From: the human T2T-CHM13v2.0 reference genome, Homo sapiens
NCBI RefSeq assembly: GCF_009914755.1
Contig: NC_060938.1
Reading direction: 5' to 3' (one strand)
DNA: 64,000 bases
Each line of letters begins with the position of its first letter. Positions within the stretch are counted from its first letter, which is position 1. A program made the position numbers and the translations under genes. Shown here one piece after another: positions 31,054 to 45,398 of the stretch. The notes below the pieces were generated by a model. It did not search any database, was not told where the DNA came from, and saw nothing but the letters and a program-made list of their open reading frames with translations.

Positions 31054-34046
31054 CTGCAGCACATGACGACACCGCAGCGGGAGGTGAGGCTCCTCAACAG
31101 GATAAGTGTGTGTGTGCAGGAGGGTGAGCGTGGCCAGTGGAGGTGGGCTAGGCTAGGAAGAAACTGTCACCAGGGGCAGGAACTGGGGCCCCACTCTTGA
31201 GCTCAGCCCCTACCCTCCCATCTCTAGCTCCATGACCTGGAACTCAGCCTTTACTGTCTGGTGCTGGGCTACAGTTCTGCTCTTTATTGCCCCCTACCTC
31301 CCAGCATTGCCATGGCAAACACTAGCTCCTAATGGTACAAATAACTAATACTCAGGGGACACCAATGCCAGGCTGAGCGCCCTGGGTGTCCCATTCGTTT
31401 AAGCCTCACAACAGTCCTGAAAGGCTAGTCTCCGTGTCCCAATGTTATTTACAAGGAAACTTGGGCTAAGAGCTCTCTGACGGTTGCAGAGTCTGTAGAT
31501 GGTGGACCGGACATCAGAGCAGGGCCTCTTCATGCCTCTAAAGGTGCTTTGTGAACCCGGTTATTATTCTCGGCAGGCCTAGAAGCTATTTGCATGGACT
31601 ATTCCTAAGCTGCTTCACTTCAACATGTGCAAACACTCCAGACACAGCCTTTCACTGCTGTCCTGGGAAGTTCCACGTTTGACCTTGATCTGCAGGACTC
31701 TCAGCCCCTTGCTTGGCCCTGCTCAGTAGGAGGCAGGGTGGGGTAGTAGAAAGTGCTGGGCTTTGCCACAACACAGAGCTGGCCTGGAGACCCACCTCTG
31801 TCTTTTCCTAGCTGTGCACTTTGGGCTGTTTCCTCTTTGATAAATGGGGCCACTCTCACCAACCACGTGGGTCGGGTGATATTGACAAGGCACTTGGTAC
31901 AGAGCAGGGATGCATTAGTCCCTCCCCATCCCCAGCTCCCTCAATCCCAGGAGGCAGCCTTGTGCTTCTGTCCTTCTTGACCATACCGACCTCTGACCGA
32001 TCCTCCATTCACAGGGAACCAGGGGCAGCTCCAATTAGGCTTAGCCTGGGGTGACCCACGGATGAACAGGGTTTAGAGTATTAAGCTCAAGGGAGAAAGC
32101 ACAAATAGAGGGAAGGATTTTAGGCAGCAGCTGGGGCAATAGGGGCCACTATGTAGGCAGAAGGACACAGAATCTGCCCAGCCAGCCCTGTTCATTCTCA
32201 AAAATGTTCCTATTGCTATTCAATTAGTTAGCAAACATAATGACGTCTATGAAAGTTTTCACGGAAGACCAGACACAGTTGGTTTGTGGGAACTGGCAGG
32301 TTGAAAATCATTCATGAAGAAGCCCAGCACATCAGTGGTCAGGAAAGCTGGCCGGCCTGCAGGAATTCAGCAGGAAGGGCAAGGGTGCAGAGGGTGAGCA
32401 AGACTGGGGGCTGTCCCTGGAGAGAGGCCTGTCCAGGCCACTGGAAGGCCCATCATCAACTTGAAGCAGTGCTGGAACACCCAGGGCCCTCATTCCTGGG
32501 AAGGACGCTGCCCCATGGCTGGGTGGCCTGGCTAAGCATGACCTTTTTCTAGGCTCAGTTCCCTCCTTGTAAAATAAGACCACATCCCTTCCAGCTCTGA
32601 CATGCCATGCTGGGACCTATAATGTTGTCAGGTTTAGTTTGCTGATTCCTTGGGAGGCTCAGGAGGGTGGACCCTGCCAGGTAGTTGCATTTCCTGACCA
32701 GACGCTGGATAAGCTACAAATCCACCCTGACTTCAACCTTTGCTGCAAACAGTCTCCCTGAAACAGATGAGGGTCCTGTTCCCGTCAGCAGAGGGATAAC
32801 ACAAGTCATACCCAGCCCTCTGCTCTCTCGGGAGCATCCCAGGGTTGCAGTCCCAGGGGGGATGGATCCACTGATGTCTGGATTCCTGGTCTGTTCCTCT
32901 TGCTATGTTAATTTTCTAGAACTGGGAGCCTGAGCTGGCCCAGTGGTTGGAAGCATATGACCTTGAGTCAGATTGCCTGGGTTCAAGTTAAAATCCCTGT
33001 CTCCACCTATTGGATGTATAACCACAGGCAAGTCTCCTAGCCTCTCAGTGCTTCATTTCACACATAACAGAGGTTAAAGTAATTTTCCGAAAGCCACTCA
33101 GTTAGCAAGGGGAGAAACTAGGACTTAAACCCAGCTAGTCTGGCCCCAAAGTCCCCATCCCTCACCACTGTGCCACACCACCTCCAAGGCGCATTGAGGC
33201 AGACAGTCCTAAAGCAGGGGACAGTTCCCTTTGGAGGAAGGTGATAACTGCAGGGTAACCTGTTCTGCTACAAGATCGAATGAGAAGACAGCCCTTTGTT
33301 TCTCCCTACTAAAAATATTTTTGCGTATGAGCAGAGATTAGAAGGAAGAGAAAACATATAACAACAGTGGCAGAGTGCAGGTAAGATCTGGGATGGCTTC
33401 CCTTGGAGGTATCTCCTCTCATGAAGTCGTGATCCTGAGTTAACAATAAATAAAGACAGAGGTGGGGAGGGCCGTTGCTTCTTATTTTAAAACTCTCTTT
33501 ATCCACAAGTCAAGCTTCAGTTCGTATACCTCGGGGGAGGGCTGGGGAGCCTCTGATGGGATGTCATGTCGGGGTCTGGGAAGCACCCCCCACCACCGTG
33601 GGCCTCTGCTGCTTGGCCTCCTAAAGGCCCATGTTTGTTCCCCATGATCTCCACATTAAGAGTTTCCCCTTCTGATCCAATATTCCCTGTTCCACGCAGA
33701 GGAAGCCCACACCTTATCCCACCACTGGGCAGGAGAGTAGCTTTGAGGCCCAAACCTGGCTGCCCAATCCCCCTCTGCTGTTATTTATTCACAGACCTAC
33801 CATGTGACTCTAGGGATGTTGGGGAAAAAAGTCTCTGTAGGCCCCAGCTTCCTCATCTAGAAAATGGGGATAAACACCCAACTTGTCTACTCCCCGCTCA
33901 GGGAGCTGAGATACCAAGAATCCCGGAGAAACAGAGTGAGTGTGCTCAGGGCTCAGCCCGATTCTCCATCACAGAGGAGGTCTGAGTGCCAGGACCCTGG
34001 GCACAGACAGCACCCTGGGCTCCATGACTCGGCCAAGCACGCTTAC

Positions 34047-34394
34047 CGAGTAGCGTCTCCAGTGTGCCACCAGCTCGTCCTCGGTCCCCGCTTTCGCCGC
34101 AGGCTGCAGGCCCTCCTGGGCCAGCCTCTGCAGGACCATCCTGAACTCACTGAGCTCAGCCTCCAGCTGCTTAATCTGCTGCTCCCAGGCTCCCCTGGAC
34201 CGGAGCAGGCCCCGCAGCCGCTCCTCCTCCTCCTCCCAGAGGGCGCGCAGCTTCTCCAGAACTTTCCTCATCTCTTCCAGTTCTCCGGTGATCTTCTCTG
34301 CACCCAAAGGAGAGGTGTTCCGAATGACACCCGCAGACTGCTCCTCCAGCGTCTCCAGAGACTCCTCGCCCCTGGGAAAATCTTTGGCAATGTC
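34047..34394 (-). CDS. SYNE3: SYNE3 coding exon 5 (DIAKDFP...WRRYS)
   Basis: Acceptor ctcttcag|GAC; donor TCG|gtaagc; 348 nt; matches ORF 33969..34571. Confidence 0.95.
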
Positions 34395-35062
34395 CTGAAG
34401 AGGGTAGAGGGGTGAGGGAAAAACAGGCAGGGAAAAAGAATACAGTTGCTGCATTTTCCAGAGCAGACCTGGGACTGCCCTGCAAAACACTGATTCCTGG
34501 AGTCCTGCGTTAGAGCCAGAGAGGGGCCTTCCCAAGGGCTGGACTGTCTGCCTTAAGTAGCATGGACTCACAACCTGAGAACCCTATTCCTTCCCCATAA
34601 GTCTTTTTCAAGCCATTTGATTAAGTCAAGGAGAAAGTCTCTGTTGGGTGCTTCTGTCTTGAACACTTTCTGACATTTGTTTATCTTCCTTTCCATGCCT
34701 TCAGCTGGAAACAGTGTGGAGCCAAATAGAACCAAATGGCTCCGTTCGGTTTCATTGTATTTATTTGTGTGGTTATCTACCTATTTGGAATTGGCACCAT
34801 CTTTTCCATTTATGACAGTGATATGTTTTCTTTCTAAATAAATAATCATCAGTTTTTTTAAAAATGAGTCCATTTAAATACAAATATTAAAGAAATAGTT
34901 CAGATACTGCACAGTTGTGGCAAAATGTATCAAGTGGTTCTTGAATTATTAAAGACATTTTACCCACTCAGTTTATGGAGGGAGTCAGAGGCTCATTGAA
35001 AGCCATTCAGCAGGTGAAAAGTGGGGAGCCCACGTCTCCCGATGGCAGACCTGGCGCCTGCA

Positions 35063-35290
35063 CCACGGTTCTTCTCCCTTGGCACCATTGCCACGTGGGC
35101 TGGATCGCTCTGTGCTGTGTGGGGCTGTCCTGTGCACTGTAGGATGGTTTTGCAGCATCCTTGGCCGCCACCCAGAGGCAGTAGCAACATCCACCCCCTC
35201 TACCCTCTTAGGACATTGCCAAAGATTTTCCTCAGGGCGAGGAGTCTCTAGACACTGCCAAATGCCCCCCATTGGAGACCCACCAGCCTA
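35063..35290 (+). mobile_element. MER20 (hAT-Charlie)
   Basis: ggcaccattgccacgtgggctgga...tgtggggctgtcctgtgcactgtaggatg...cagcatccttggcc...gacactgccaaatgcccc. Confidence 0.8.
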
Positions 35291-35471
35291 GACCATGCTT
35301 CTGTGGTCCTGGGTTTCCAAATGCTCTGCTGGCCAGGGATTTCCATAAAGCCTCTGAGGACCCAAGCGTTTAGACTAGATTCCACACTTCTCCTCACGGG
35401 GGTCTGTGGGCCATGGGTTCTTATATATTCTGTGGCACCAAGCACTGTCCTATTAAAGAAACTATGACATA

Positions 35472-36008
<537 letters not shown>

Positions 36009-36089
36009 CTGTGGGAGGAGGAGAATCACCAGCCATGAGGGTCCCCAGCCCAGACAGCCCAAAGGCCAGAAAGCCCGTAGCCTGCCTGG

Positions 36090-36114
36090 GTGTGTGTGTG
36101 TGTGTGTGTGTGTG
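36090..36114. repeat. (TG)12 microsatellite
   Basis: gtgtgtgtgtgtgtgtgtgtgtgtg, about 80 nt upstream of the coding exon 4 acceptor (CA repeat in the pre-mRNA). Confidence 0.93.
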
Positions 36115-37704
36115 TTAGCAGGGGGTGCAACCAACCTCTAGCCCTTTCTCTAGACACAAAGAGCTCTCAGATACTCTGTTCTGCCTTACAAACAATATGC
36201 CAAGAGAGTTGGCTTTGGAGACCAGAGCATGTTGGCACTGGGCCCTGTCACTATGCAGCTGGCTTTCTTGTTTGCCACATCCTAGGAATGGCATTCAAGA
36301 CTGAGGTGCGGCAACAGCAACAACATTAGCACGACTACTACTACATCACACTGTCATTCTGAGCACTCGCCAAGGTGCTGGGCACTGCTCTAAGAGCTTG
36401 ACATATATGAGCTCAGTGAAGTCTCCTGACCACTCCATAAGGGGGTACCATTACAGTCCCAGTGTGACAGATGAGGACACCAAGATACAGAGAGGTAAAG
36501 TGACTTGCCCAAGGTCACCCAGCTAGGAAAGTGCCAAGATTCAATCCGAGCTGGGTTGAATGCTAGAAACCAGCATTTCTAGCTCCATTACACAACAGTG
36601 TCCACAGGGTATGCAAATCAATGGCAAGCTGCCCCATTTCCCCATGAATACGGTGATGTGTGTTGCATGGGTTGGAATCATCTCTATTTTCAGCCAGTCC
36701 CACCAAAGGTCTTAACAACACAGGGGTAAGATGATGTCCTGAGGGTGGCTGACATTTGGAAAAACAGTGGTGTCCTGCTATGAGCCCCCACTGTACTCCC
36801 AGAGACTAGGTTTTTCAAAACATGCCCTGATCACAGTGCTGTCTCCCCATATCCCGTCATGGCTCCCCACTGGCCCCAGGCCCAAGTCCAGTCCTTACAG
36901 CCTAGCACTTCAAGGACAGGTGTCCATGATGTAGCTCTGTGGTCCAGCAGTCAAGACCCTGGGGTTGGGATCCCACTGCCTGTGGCTTGAACCTTGGCCC
37001 CACCTTGGGTACCTAATTAAACCCTTCTGTGCCCAAGTCCCCTCATCCATATGGTATGGTTAATAACACCTGCCTCATTGGGAGAAAGTGAGATGAAATG
37101 GGCCAGAGCTCACCCCTAAAACAGAGCCTGGCAGCTGGTAAGTGCTTAACAACCTTGAGGCATTGCTGATTGTCTCCTGCCTTCTCCAAGCTCTTCTCAC
37201 ACCTCCAGCGGGTAACCAACTGCAGTACTAACCCCAGGCCCCCTTCTCACTCTGAGGCCATGCCCACTGCCCCAGGCTGAATTAACAGCCTTCCTTCTGA
37301 GTTCCCAAACCACTGGGATGCAACTTCATCACAGCAGTTGTCCATGGCATCGTCACCCACTGGGGGATCCAGGAGGTTCCTAGAAACAAGGCTGCCCCTG
37401 TTATTTCATCTCCCAGGGTCTAGCTCAGGGCACGCCCTGTGAACGCTTCCTGAATGGCAGGAAGCACAAATCTGGAGTGTTTGCCATCAGAGGAAAGTTT
37501 CCAAAGAGAGCCAAGAAAAGGGAAAAAGGAGACTCATTTAATAAGCACCTATGCTAGGTGTGCATGGAACTTCAAAGAGTTATCTTATTTAACACTCAAA
37601 CAATCACAAAACCCTCCTATTCTGCAAATGTCCAGACTGGAGCTGGGACATTGCAGAACTCTTTTGGTCTTACAGAAAAGATTCCAATGGCAAGTGTCAG
37701 ACTC

Positions 37705-38145
37705 CAAAATCATCGACTGTTTCTGTCAAGGGCCACCCAGGAAATGCTTTTAGCTTGGCCTGCCATATGGAGCTACTCCACCGCCAGCATGCAACTTATG
37801 TTGTAGCCCATGAGTAGCCACAGATAATGTGAAAAGAATGGCCGCATTCCAATAAAACTTTAATTATGAACACTGACAGGTTTTTCATATCATTTTCACA
37901 CATCAAGAAATATTTGGCTTTTCATTTTTTCCCAACCATTTGAAAATGTGAAAGCCATTCTAGCTCATGCTTATAATCCCAGCATTTTGGGAGGCTGAGG
38001 CAAGAGGATTCCTTGAGCCCAGGAGTTCAAGACGAGCCTAGGCAACACGGTCAGACGTCATTTTTACAAAAAATCAATAAAAACATTAGCAGGGTGTGGT
38101 GGTGTGCACCTGTAGTCTCAGCTACTCGGGAGGCTGAGGCTGAAG
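37705..38145 (+). mobile_element. MER58B-like fragment followed by a truncated AluJ-type piece (~37962-38145)
   Basis: ctgtcaagggccacc...attccaataaaacttt...cccaaccatttgaaaatgtgaaagccattctagctc, then gctcatgcttataatcccagcattttgggaggctgagg. Confidence 0.7.
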
Positions 38146-38484
38146 CTAGGAATGGGCTGGATGTGGTGTCTGAACCATAGCTGGCTGACCTCAGCTCTTC
38201 ACCATGGAGCCAGGCCCTGTCCAGGAGGGTTCTGACCATCTGCAAATCTAAGTCAGACATTCTCAGCTGGGAAGAGTGAACGGGTAAGTGCATCTGAAAA
38301 ACCCCTTAGCTCTTTCACATATGCTTTTTTCTTCTTTGGGAAGCTCCTCACCGAATCTAGAAATATGAATTCATATAAACCTTGCAACCACCACTGCAAG
38401 TAGGAGAAAACATCCCGATTTTAGAAATGGGGAAGCCCAGGCTTAGGACCAAGCTCTTCAGTAGAGATCTGAGAAGTTCTCTCA

Positions 38485-38795
<311 letters not shown>

Positions 38796-38866
38796 ATTGT
38801 TGAGCACTCCAACTGGGGTTGTGAAAAAGAGAAATAACATTGGAGGCACCATACATTCTTATTTAG

Positions 38867-39190
<324 letters not shown>

Positions 39191-41547
39191 AAAAGCCTAT
39201 TTTAAAGTTATAGTAACTGAAATGGCTTACAACTGGAATCAAGAAAGACAAAATTCTTACAAAACATGGGCCCTGCTTGAATCTGAAAGTGGAGCAAGCG
39301 AGGGGACAGTCCCCTTCATGCTTCCCGCCTGCAGCCCTAAGGATGGCTCCGGGGCTTCGGCAAGCTCCCCTGCTGGCTTCCCCTTCCTGCAGGGTTATTT
39401 AAATCCGTCAAAACTCTCCTGGAGCCTCCTCCATCAACAGGAAAGGCTCATTCATGAAACAAAGTGGGTCAGGAGTAACAGACAGAGGCTGGATGCTGGG
39501 CCCCTGGCCGCGCTGATGGTGATAGATGCAGCCGGGAGTGAACTCTCCCATGGAAGTGCCGGCCGTGGCTGCTAGTGTGTGAAGGATGAGGTGCTGGCAC
39601 CCGGAGAAGTCCAGGGTAAATAAAAGTCTGTGTGATGGGGAGCAGGTGCTCAGAGAGGACCTCGGCAGGAGGGGCAGGGATCCAGCTGAGATCCGTGCCA
39701 GGCATAACAGTCACAGGGCAGAATCCAGCCGTGCTGGAGAATGACGGGGTGACAAACGGGAAGGTGCTCAACCTTCTCGTTAGACCCAGCAATTACACCA
39801 TCTGCGGCGGGCAGAGCTGTCAGGAATGTCAAAACCTAACCAATTAACAAGGGTGGTGCGGATTTATGCCTCTGCAAAGGGCTGCACGAGCAGCTCTGAT
39901 TCATCACAAGCAGCTCTGATTCACGGCCAAGATGCCAGACAGACGCGCCTTCTGTGAGGGCCGCCACGGGAAGCAGCGGGGGTGAGGATGCTTCCATGTG
40001 CCTGCCTTTGGGAAGACTAAATCGGGATTAAAAACAAACAAACAAGCCCCTCCCCGCAGCCAGCCTGCCCTGTCTACATTTCACTTGCAAACACTGCGGG
40101 CTGACAATGTGCCATTGCTCCCCTCTGGGCTTAGCCTTGGCCCTAGTCAAGAATCTCCCTCTAGCAGGTGGTCACAGAGGCTCCAGTTCAGGGAGGACCC
40201 CATGGTGCTTCTGTGGTTCCGTCCCCATCAACCCTAGAGGCTGTGCTAATTAACATGATGGACGTCAAAAATGGGTTTTCCTCGTTGGAGCAGTGGCCTG
40301 TTCTAGCATGGCAAGCAGTGGCAATGGGCTCTCATAGGTAAAAGTAGGGGCACTAACCTGAACCTAGAGACCAATCCCACCCCGAGGCCAGGCCTCGACC
40401 CCCAGGAAGGCACGAGGACAGAACCATCGCTGGAGTCAGACGACTGCCCCAAGAGAGACCTTTTATGCAGGGGAGGTCTTCATCAAGCTTTCAGAGCAGG
40501 GACTGGGAGGCTGGGACCACCAAGGATCTCTGCAGGCTGCTGGGTATGTGGAGTGCCCACCCACCTTGGGATGAGGCTAGAATCTTCCCCCTTTGTCTGG
40601 GGCTGGAGGGCTGGGGACACCCAGGAGGTCAATGCCGGGGGCTGCATCCCACCTTGCTGATGAGGAGCTTAGGATTGAGTGGTTGGATCTCTGGCCAAGG
40701 GCGATGGAGAAGTTTGCCCCGCTCAGGAGCCTCTCAGGCTTCGGAAGAACATGGCACCCTCTGGATCCACGAAAGCTCCATCCATAGAATCTGGTGGATG
40801 CTATAGCTCCTCGCCCCATAGAAATGCACACTCATACCTTCTGAATACAAGATCAAAGAGGCTGCAGGGGTCCGCGTGGCCCCTCCCCACCTACCCCTCA
40901 GTTCTCCCCATGGCCAGCTTCTAGAGAGACAGGAAACACCTCCAGGGTACACCACAGCCCTCCTGTCTAAGAGCTGACCGGGCTCCCTGTGAGTGAGAAC
41001 AAAGTCCTCAAGCTTGCAGGAAGACTTCATGAGGGGCCATGGCCTTCAGCCAACAGCTGAGAAAGCCAAAACTGAATTCACTTCTCCATGCAGGGTCCAG
41101 CCACCCCACAAACAACAGCGCCCCATTTCCACATTGGCATCAGCATTGACCAGCCATCTGGCAACTCCAAGGGCTTCCACCATGGAGGGAGTCTCCCCCT
41201 CACCGCACCCCAAACCTCCCCCATCACCGCTGTCTCCGCACATGACACAGCCTTCCATGCTCCTGCCCCAGGACACTGCCAGGCGGGCCTTTGCCTCTTG
41301 AGAGCCCTGGATGCAAGGGCTCCCTCTTCAGCAGCTCAAACCTGCCTTTCACTGTCCCAGCCTGACCACAGAAGCACCCGGGGCCCCAGCTCATCCTGAT
41401 GGTCACAGGTGCAGACACTAACGCAGGACCTGAGTCGCAGCTGCAGGGAGCGCCACCTTAGAAGTCATCAGCACCTCTGGCTTTTTCTACTGGGCCGCTG
41501 GTGTCTGACGCACAGAATGTTTTTTAATCTAAAAAATTAGTCCAAAA

Positions 41548-41840
<293 letters not shown>

Positions 41841-43994
41841 AGTCCAATAACAACTTCTCCATCTACTTCATAAAAAGACTGGGGGAGCAGATGAGGTCAG
41901 AGACAGGAAAAGGTTAGAAAAAACAGCTCTCACTGATAAGAGCTGTGATGTCTATAGCGTTTTGGATTGTGTGAGGGGAGAACTCCCTGGAATGAAAATG
42001 AGGCTCTTGGAGGCAATCCTTTCAGCATCTGGGCCAGAATTGATGCTCACTCAGCACCCCAGCATCCACCCTCACGTACAAACATGCACACACACCCATG
42101 CACATACATGCAAACCTGCACACACACCAACAACTTTTTATCTCATCTCCTCCACACCCTGCACCAGGCGCTCTCTGCTGATTGGCACAAGCACCTGTTT
42201 CCTGTAAAGCCACAGCAAAGAGGCTGTGGAGCCAGGCACCTGTCCCAGCTGGGCCAGAGGGGCAGACCTGGAGAGAGAATTGCCATGAAGCCTGCCCATG
42301 CCACACGGGCCTTGGCAGGGCTGGATGAGGGCCAATTGGCTGCCTCTGCAAGAGCCAAGTCGAATCCCCGCCTTGCCCATCCATTCTGGGCCTTGCGCAG
42401 TCTCCTGGAGCCTCCTGTGGCTCCTCTCTGGGGCCCTGCGGGTTGCTTGCCTTCAAACTGCAGGGGTGGAGTTCTCATTATTTCAACAGATAGTTCTGAG
42501 CACCTGCTGCATGGCAAACAGCCATTGTTGTTCCTATTTATTCTCACTGCTACTGAGAGTAGAAGTCGTTCTTTATATTGGCAAAATGCTTGCCAGTTTT
42601 CAAAGAGCTCACATGTAACCATACAGCCCCCACAACCTGGGTGCAGGTCAGGTGAGCTGCCCTGAGGCCACACAGCTGGGAAGCAGCAGTGCCTGGCCTG
42701 GAATCCAAGTCCCTTCCCAAGCGCCAGAGCCTTGTTCCTGGTGGATTTTCTAGTTCTGCTTATCACAGAGCTTATTTCCCTTAAACTGTCAGCATGAAGA
42801 ACCCAGGAGATGTTCAGTTTCAGCGCTATAGCCAACTAGAGAGCCAGAAATGCCAGATAAAATGTAACATAACAAACACCGTTTCAATGCAGACCCACGT
42901 CACACCAAGGGAAGGGATATTCCCATGGGCCAGAAGTAAAGATGCCCGGGAAACCACCCTGTTAAGCTCACACAGGTGCCTGAAGTCTTAGTTACTAGAA
43001 GCTTGGGTTTAATGCTCAGGCTGGAGTAAGAAGTGAGACTTTGGGCTCAGAGGCAACAGAGACCACTGCAAAAAGACAGAGCCTCAAGTGGCTGCCCGCC
43101 CCCACTAGCCAAAGGGTGAAGTAGAAAAAAAATATTGTTACAAACGCAATCTGAGAAGGAAATGTGCATGTTTTAGCCTGGGCCTAAAAACAAACAAACA
43201 AAAAAAACCAATCACCCTTCAGAATATGGAGTTGGGGCCTATTGTATGATTCTGGCTTGGGGTTCACGTTTAGAATATCCGCCTGATCTGGGAACCCCCA
43301 AGCCAATTCACTGACATGAAAATAGGAGTCGTGAAGATAAACCTCAGGAGGAGCCCAGCTGAAGCCAACAGAAAGCCACTCTCAGGTGGTGTCCCAGCTG
43401 CAGGCTTCTGCAGATGCATCCTGCTTAGGCTGAGCTTAGAGCTCAAAAGGACAACACCCCCCAAGGAAACAATCTACCATGTCAGGGGACACATAGGTGC
43501 CTGACGTGGAACTTCAGCCTTAGACCTGGAACCTCAGCCACTAGAAAAATCTGATGGGGACTGTAAAATACATATGTTTAGAATGATTGCAAATATAAGC
43601 TATATCTGGGAGGAATGCAAAATCTCAGGGGGAAAATGACATAATTTGTTAAAAAGAACAGGGAGACATAATACAGAACCAAATAAAATTTCTAACAAAT
43701 GTAATTGAACTTGATAACTCAATGAACTGTTTCCAAATAAGGCAAGAATGGGGTGAGGAAATGCAGACAGAGAATGGACAGAGGGACTGGGGCAAGGGCA
43801 AGAGAGAGCAAGGAGGAAACACTGAAGGAGAAGGATTAAAGGGCAGGAGGAGGAAGGGAGGGGAGGAGGGAGAGAGGAAGAGAGAGAAAGGAGGAGAAGG
43901 GGGAAGCTGTTTGGATCAAAGTGAACATCACAGTCCATCAGTCAGTCGGTCAACACACCTATATGTATATTAAGCACTGCGAAACACTGGGTAT

Positions 43995-44578
43995 CTGGAC
44001 GGTAGATAATGGTGAGTGGGTGGTGGAAGAGTTGGTAGGTGAGGATTGGGGGATGGGTAGCTAGGTGGGTGGATGGCTGGATAAACGAGTGGGTGATGGT
44101 CAATAGTGGGTAGATAGGTGGTGAAGGGGTAGGCAGTGGAGAGATGGATGAGTGAATGGGTGAGTGAGGAAGAGGTGGCTGGGTTGATGGGTAGGTGAAT
44201 GAGTAGATAGATGAATGCGTGGGCGATTAAGTGGTTGAAGAGATGAATAGCAGATTGATCAGGCTGGTGGGGAAGTAGATGGATGAGTGAGTCAACAGAT
44301 GGGTGGGAGAATACATGGATGAACAAATGGTGGGGTAGATAGGTGAATGGGGTGGTGTGTGGGTGGATAGTGAAGGGGAGATTTGGTGATTTAGTGGGGA
44401 GGTAGATGGGTGAGTAGGTAGACAGATGGATGGGAGGGTGGTTGGATAGTGAACAGGTGAGTAGATGGATTGATAGTAGAAAGATAGATTGATAGTAGGT
44501 AAATAGCTTGATAGTAGGCAAACAGTGGCTGGAATGGGTAGATAAGGGTGGATACATGGATGGGTGGGTGAGGATGTA
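43995..44578. repeat. Degenerate (TGGA/TGGG/TAGA)n low-complexity tract next to the coding exon 3 donor
   Basis: ~580 nt of ggtggatgg/gtagatgg/gatagatt units, almost no C on the + strand. Confidence 0.88.
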
Positions 44579-44600
44579 GCCCACTCAGCCTCACCCTCAC

Positions 44601-44910
44601 CTGGGCCTTGGCCTTCACTGCATCGTACTCAGCCTTCATTCTCTTCTGGGCATCTTCGTCCACGCTGGGGTCCCCGATCCTGTTGAACAGGGAGGCTGCC
44701 TCCTCCAGCAGCCGGTCCAGGAGCACCGCCTGGTTGTCCACGTTGTGCAGCAGCACCTGGGCGTGGCTCAGCTGCCACTGCTTCTCCTTCAGGCCCAGCT
44801 GGAGCTCGATGTGGGGCTCCAGTGTGACCATCATCTTCTGGAACCAGCGGTAGAACTCATCTCGGGCCAGCAGGTACTCGCTCCAGTGCAGCCACACCCA
44901 CTCGATGCGG
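44601..44910 (-). CDS. SYNE3: SYNE3 coding exon 3 (S-RIEWVWLHW...KAKAQ)
   Basis: Acceptor gcccacag|CCGC; donor CAG|gtgagg; 310 nt, phase 2-0; matches ORF 44391..44897. Confidence 0.95.
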
Positions 44911-45398
44911 CTGTGGGCACAGAGACCTCAAGGTTGTGAGGGAACCAGCCACCTGCCTCCTGGGTCGGGGGTCTGTGCTGTCACCCCCTCCCCAATACTA
45001 GGGGGCTGTGGTCTGGGGGCATGATGATGCCCTTTCTGGCCTCTGAGTCACCTGGGCAGCTTGTTGACACTCCAGATTCTAGACCCTCCCTCAGTCCTAC
45101 TGGATAAGACCCTCTGCCCAGTAAATAAGCTCCCTGCGTGAGGGTAGGAGCCAGGGGAGCTCAGACTCCAAACTTCCTCCCAGAACCACCAGTTTTGGGG
45201 ATGCATCTTGGGGAGCCGTTTACCTCCAGCACCTTAAATCCTGGCCCTGAACTCCCACTGTCAATGCACAGACACCCCCAGTCATTTCTCTTTGGCACTG
45301 GGGCTCTAAACACAGTTTCTCCAGGCCGCTGGCACACGCACACCCACTAATTTTAGGAGCAGACTGCGGTTGGGATGTGTCCAGTCACCTGCAGAGCA

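Noticed and set aside
33864-34415. 183-aa + strand ORF, and similar + ORFs over other exons (e.g. 24519, 28547, 35800, 46486)
   Set aside because: Antisense shadows of GC-rich SYNE3 exons, which lack stops on the opposite strand.
41967-42835. Overlapping 232-aa (+) and 230-aa (-) ORFs
   Set aside because: No recognisable protein features, partly low-complexity CA-rich sequence, in a GC-rich intron where long chance ORFs are expected.
43970-44584. 204-aa His/Pro/Ile/Leu-rich ORF
   Set aside because: Translation of the degenerate (TCCA)n low-complexity tract.
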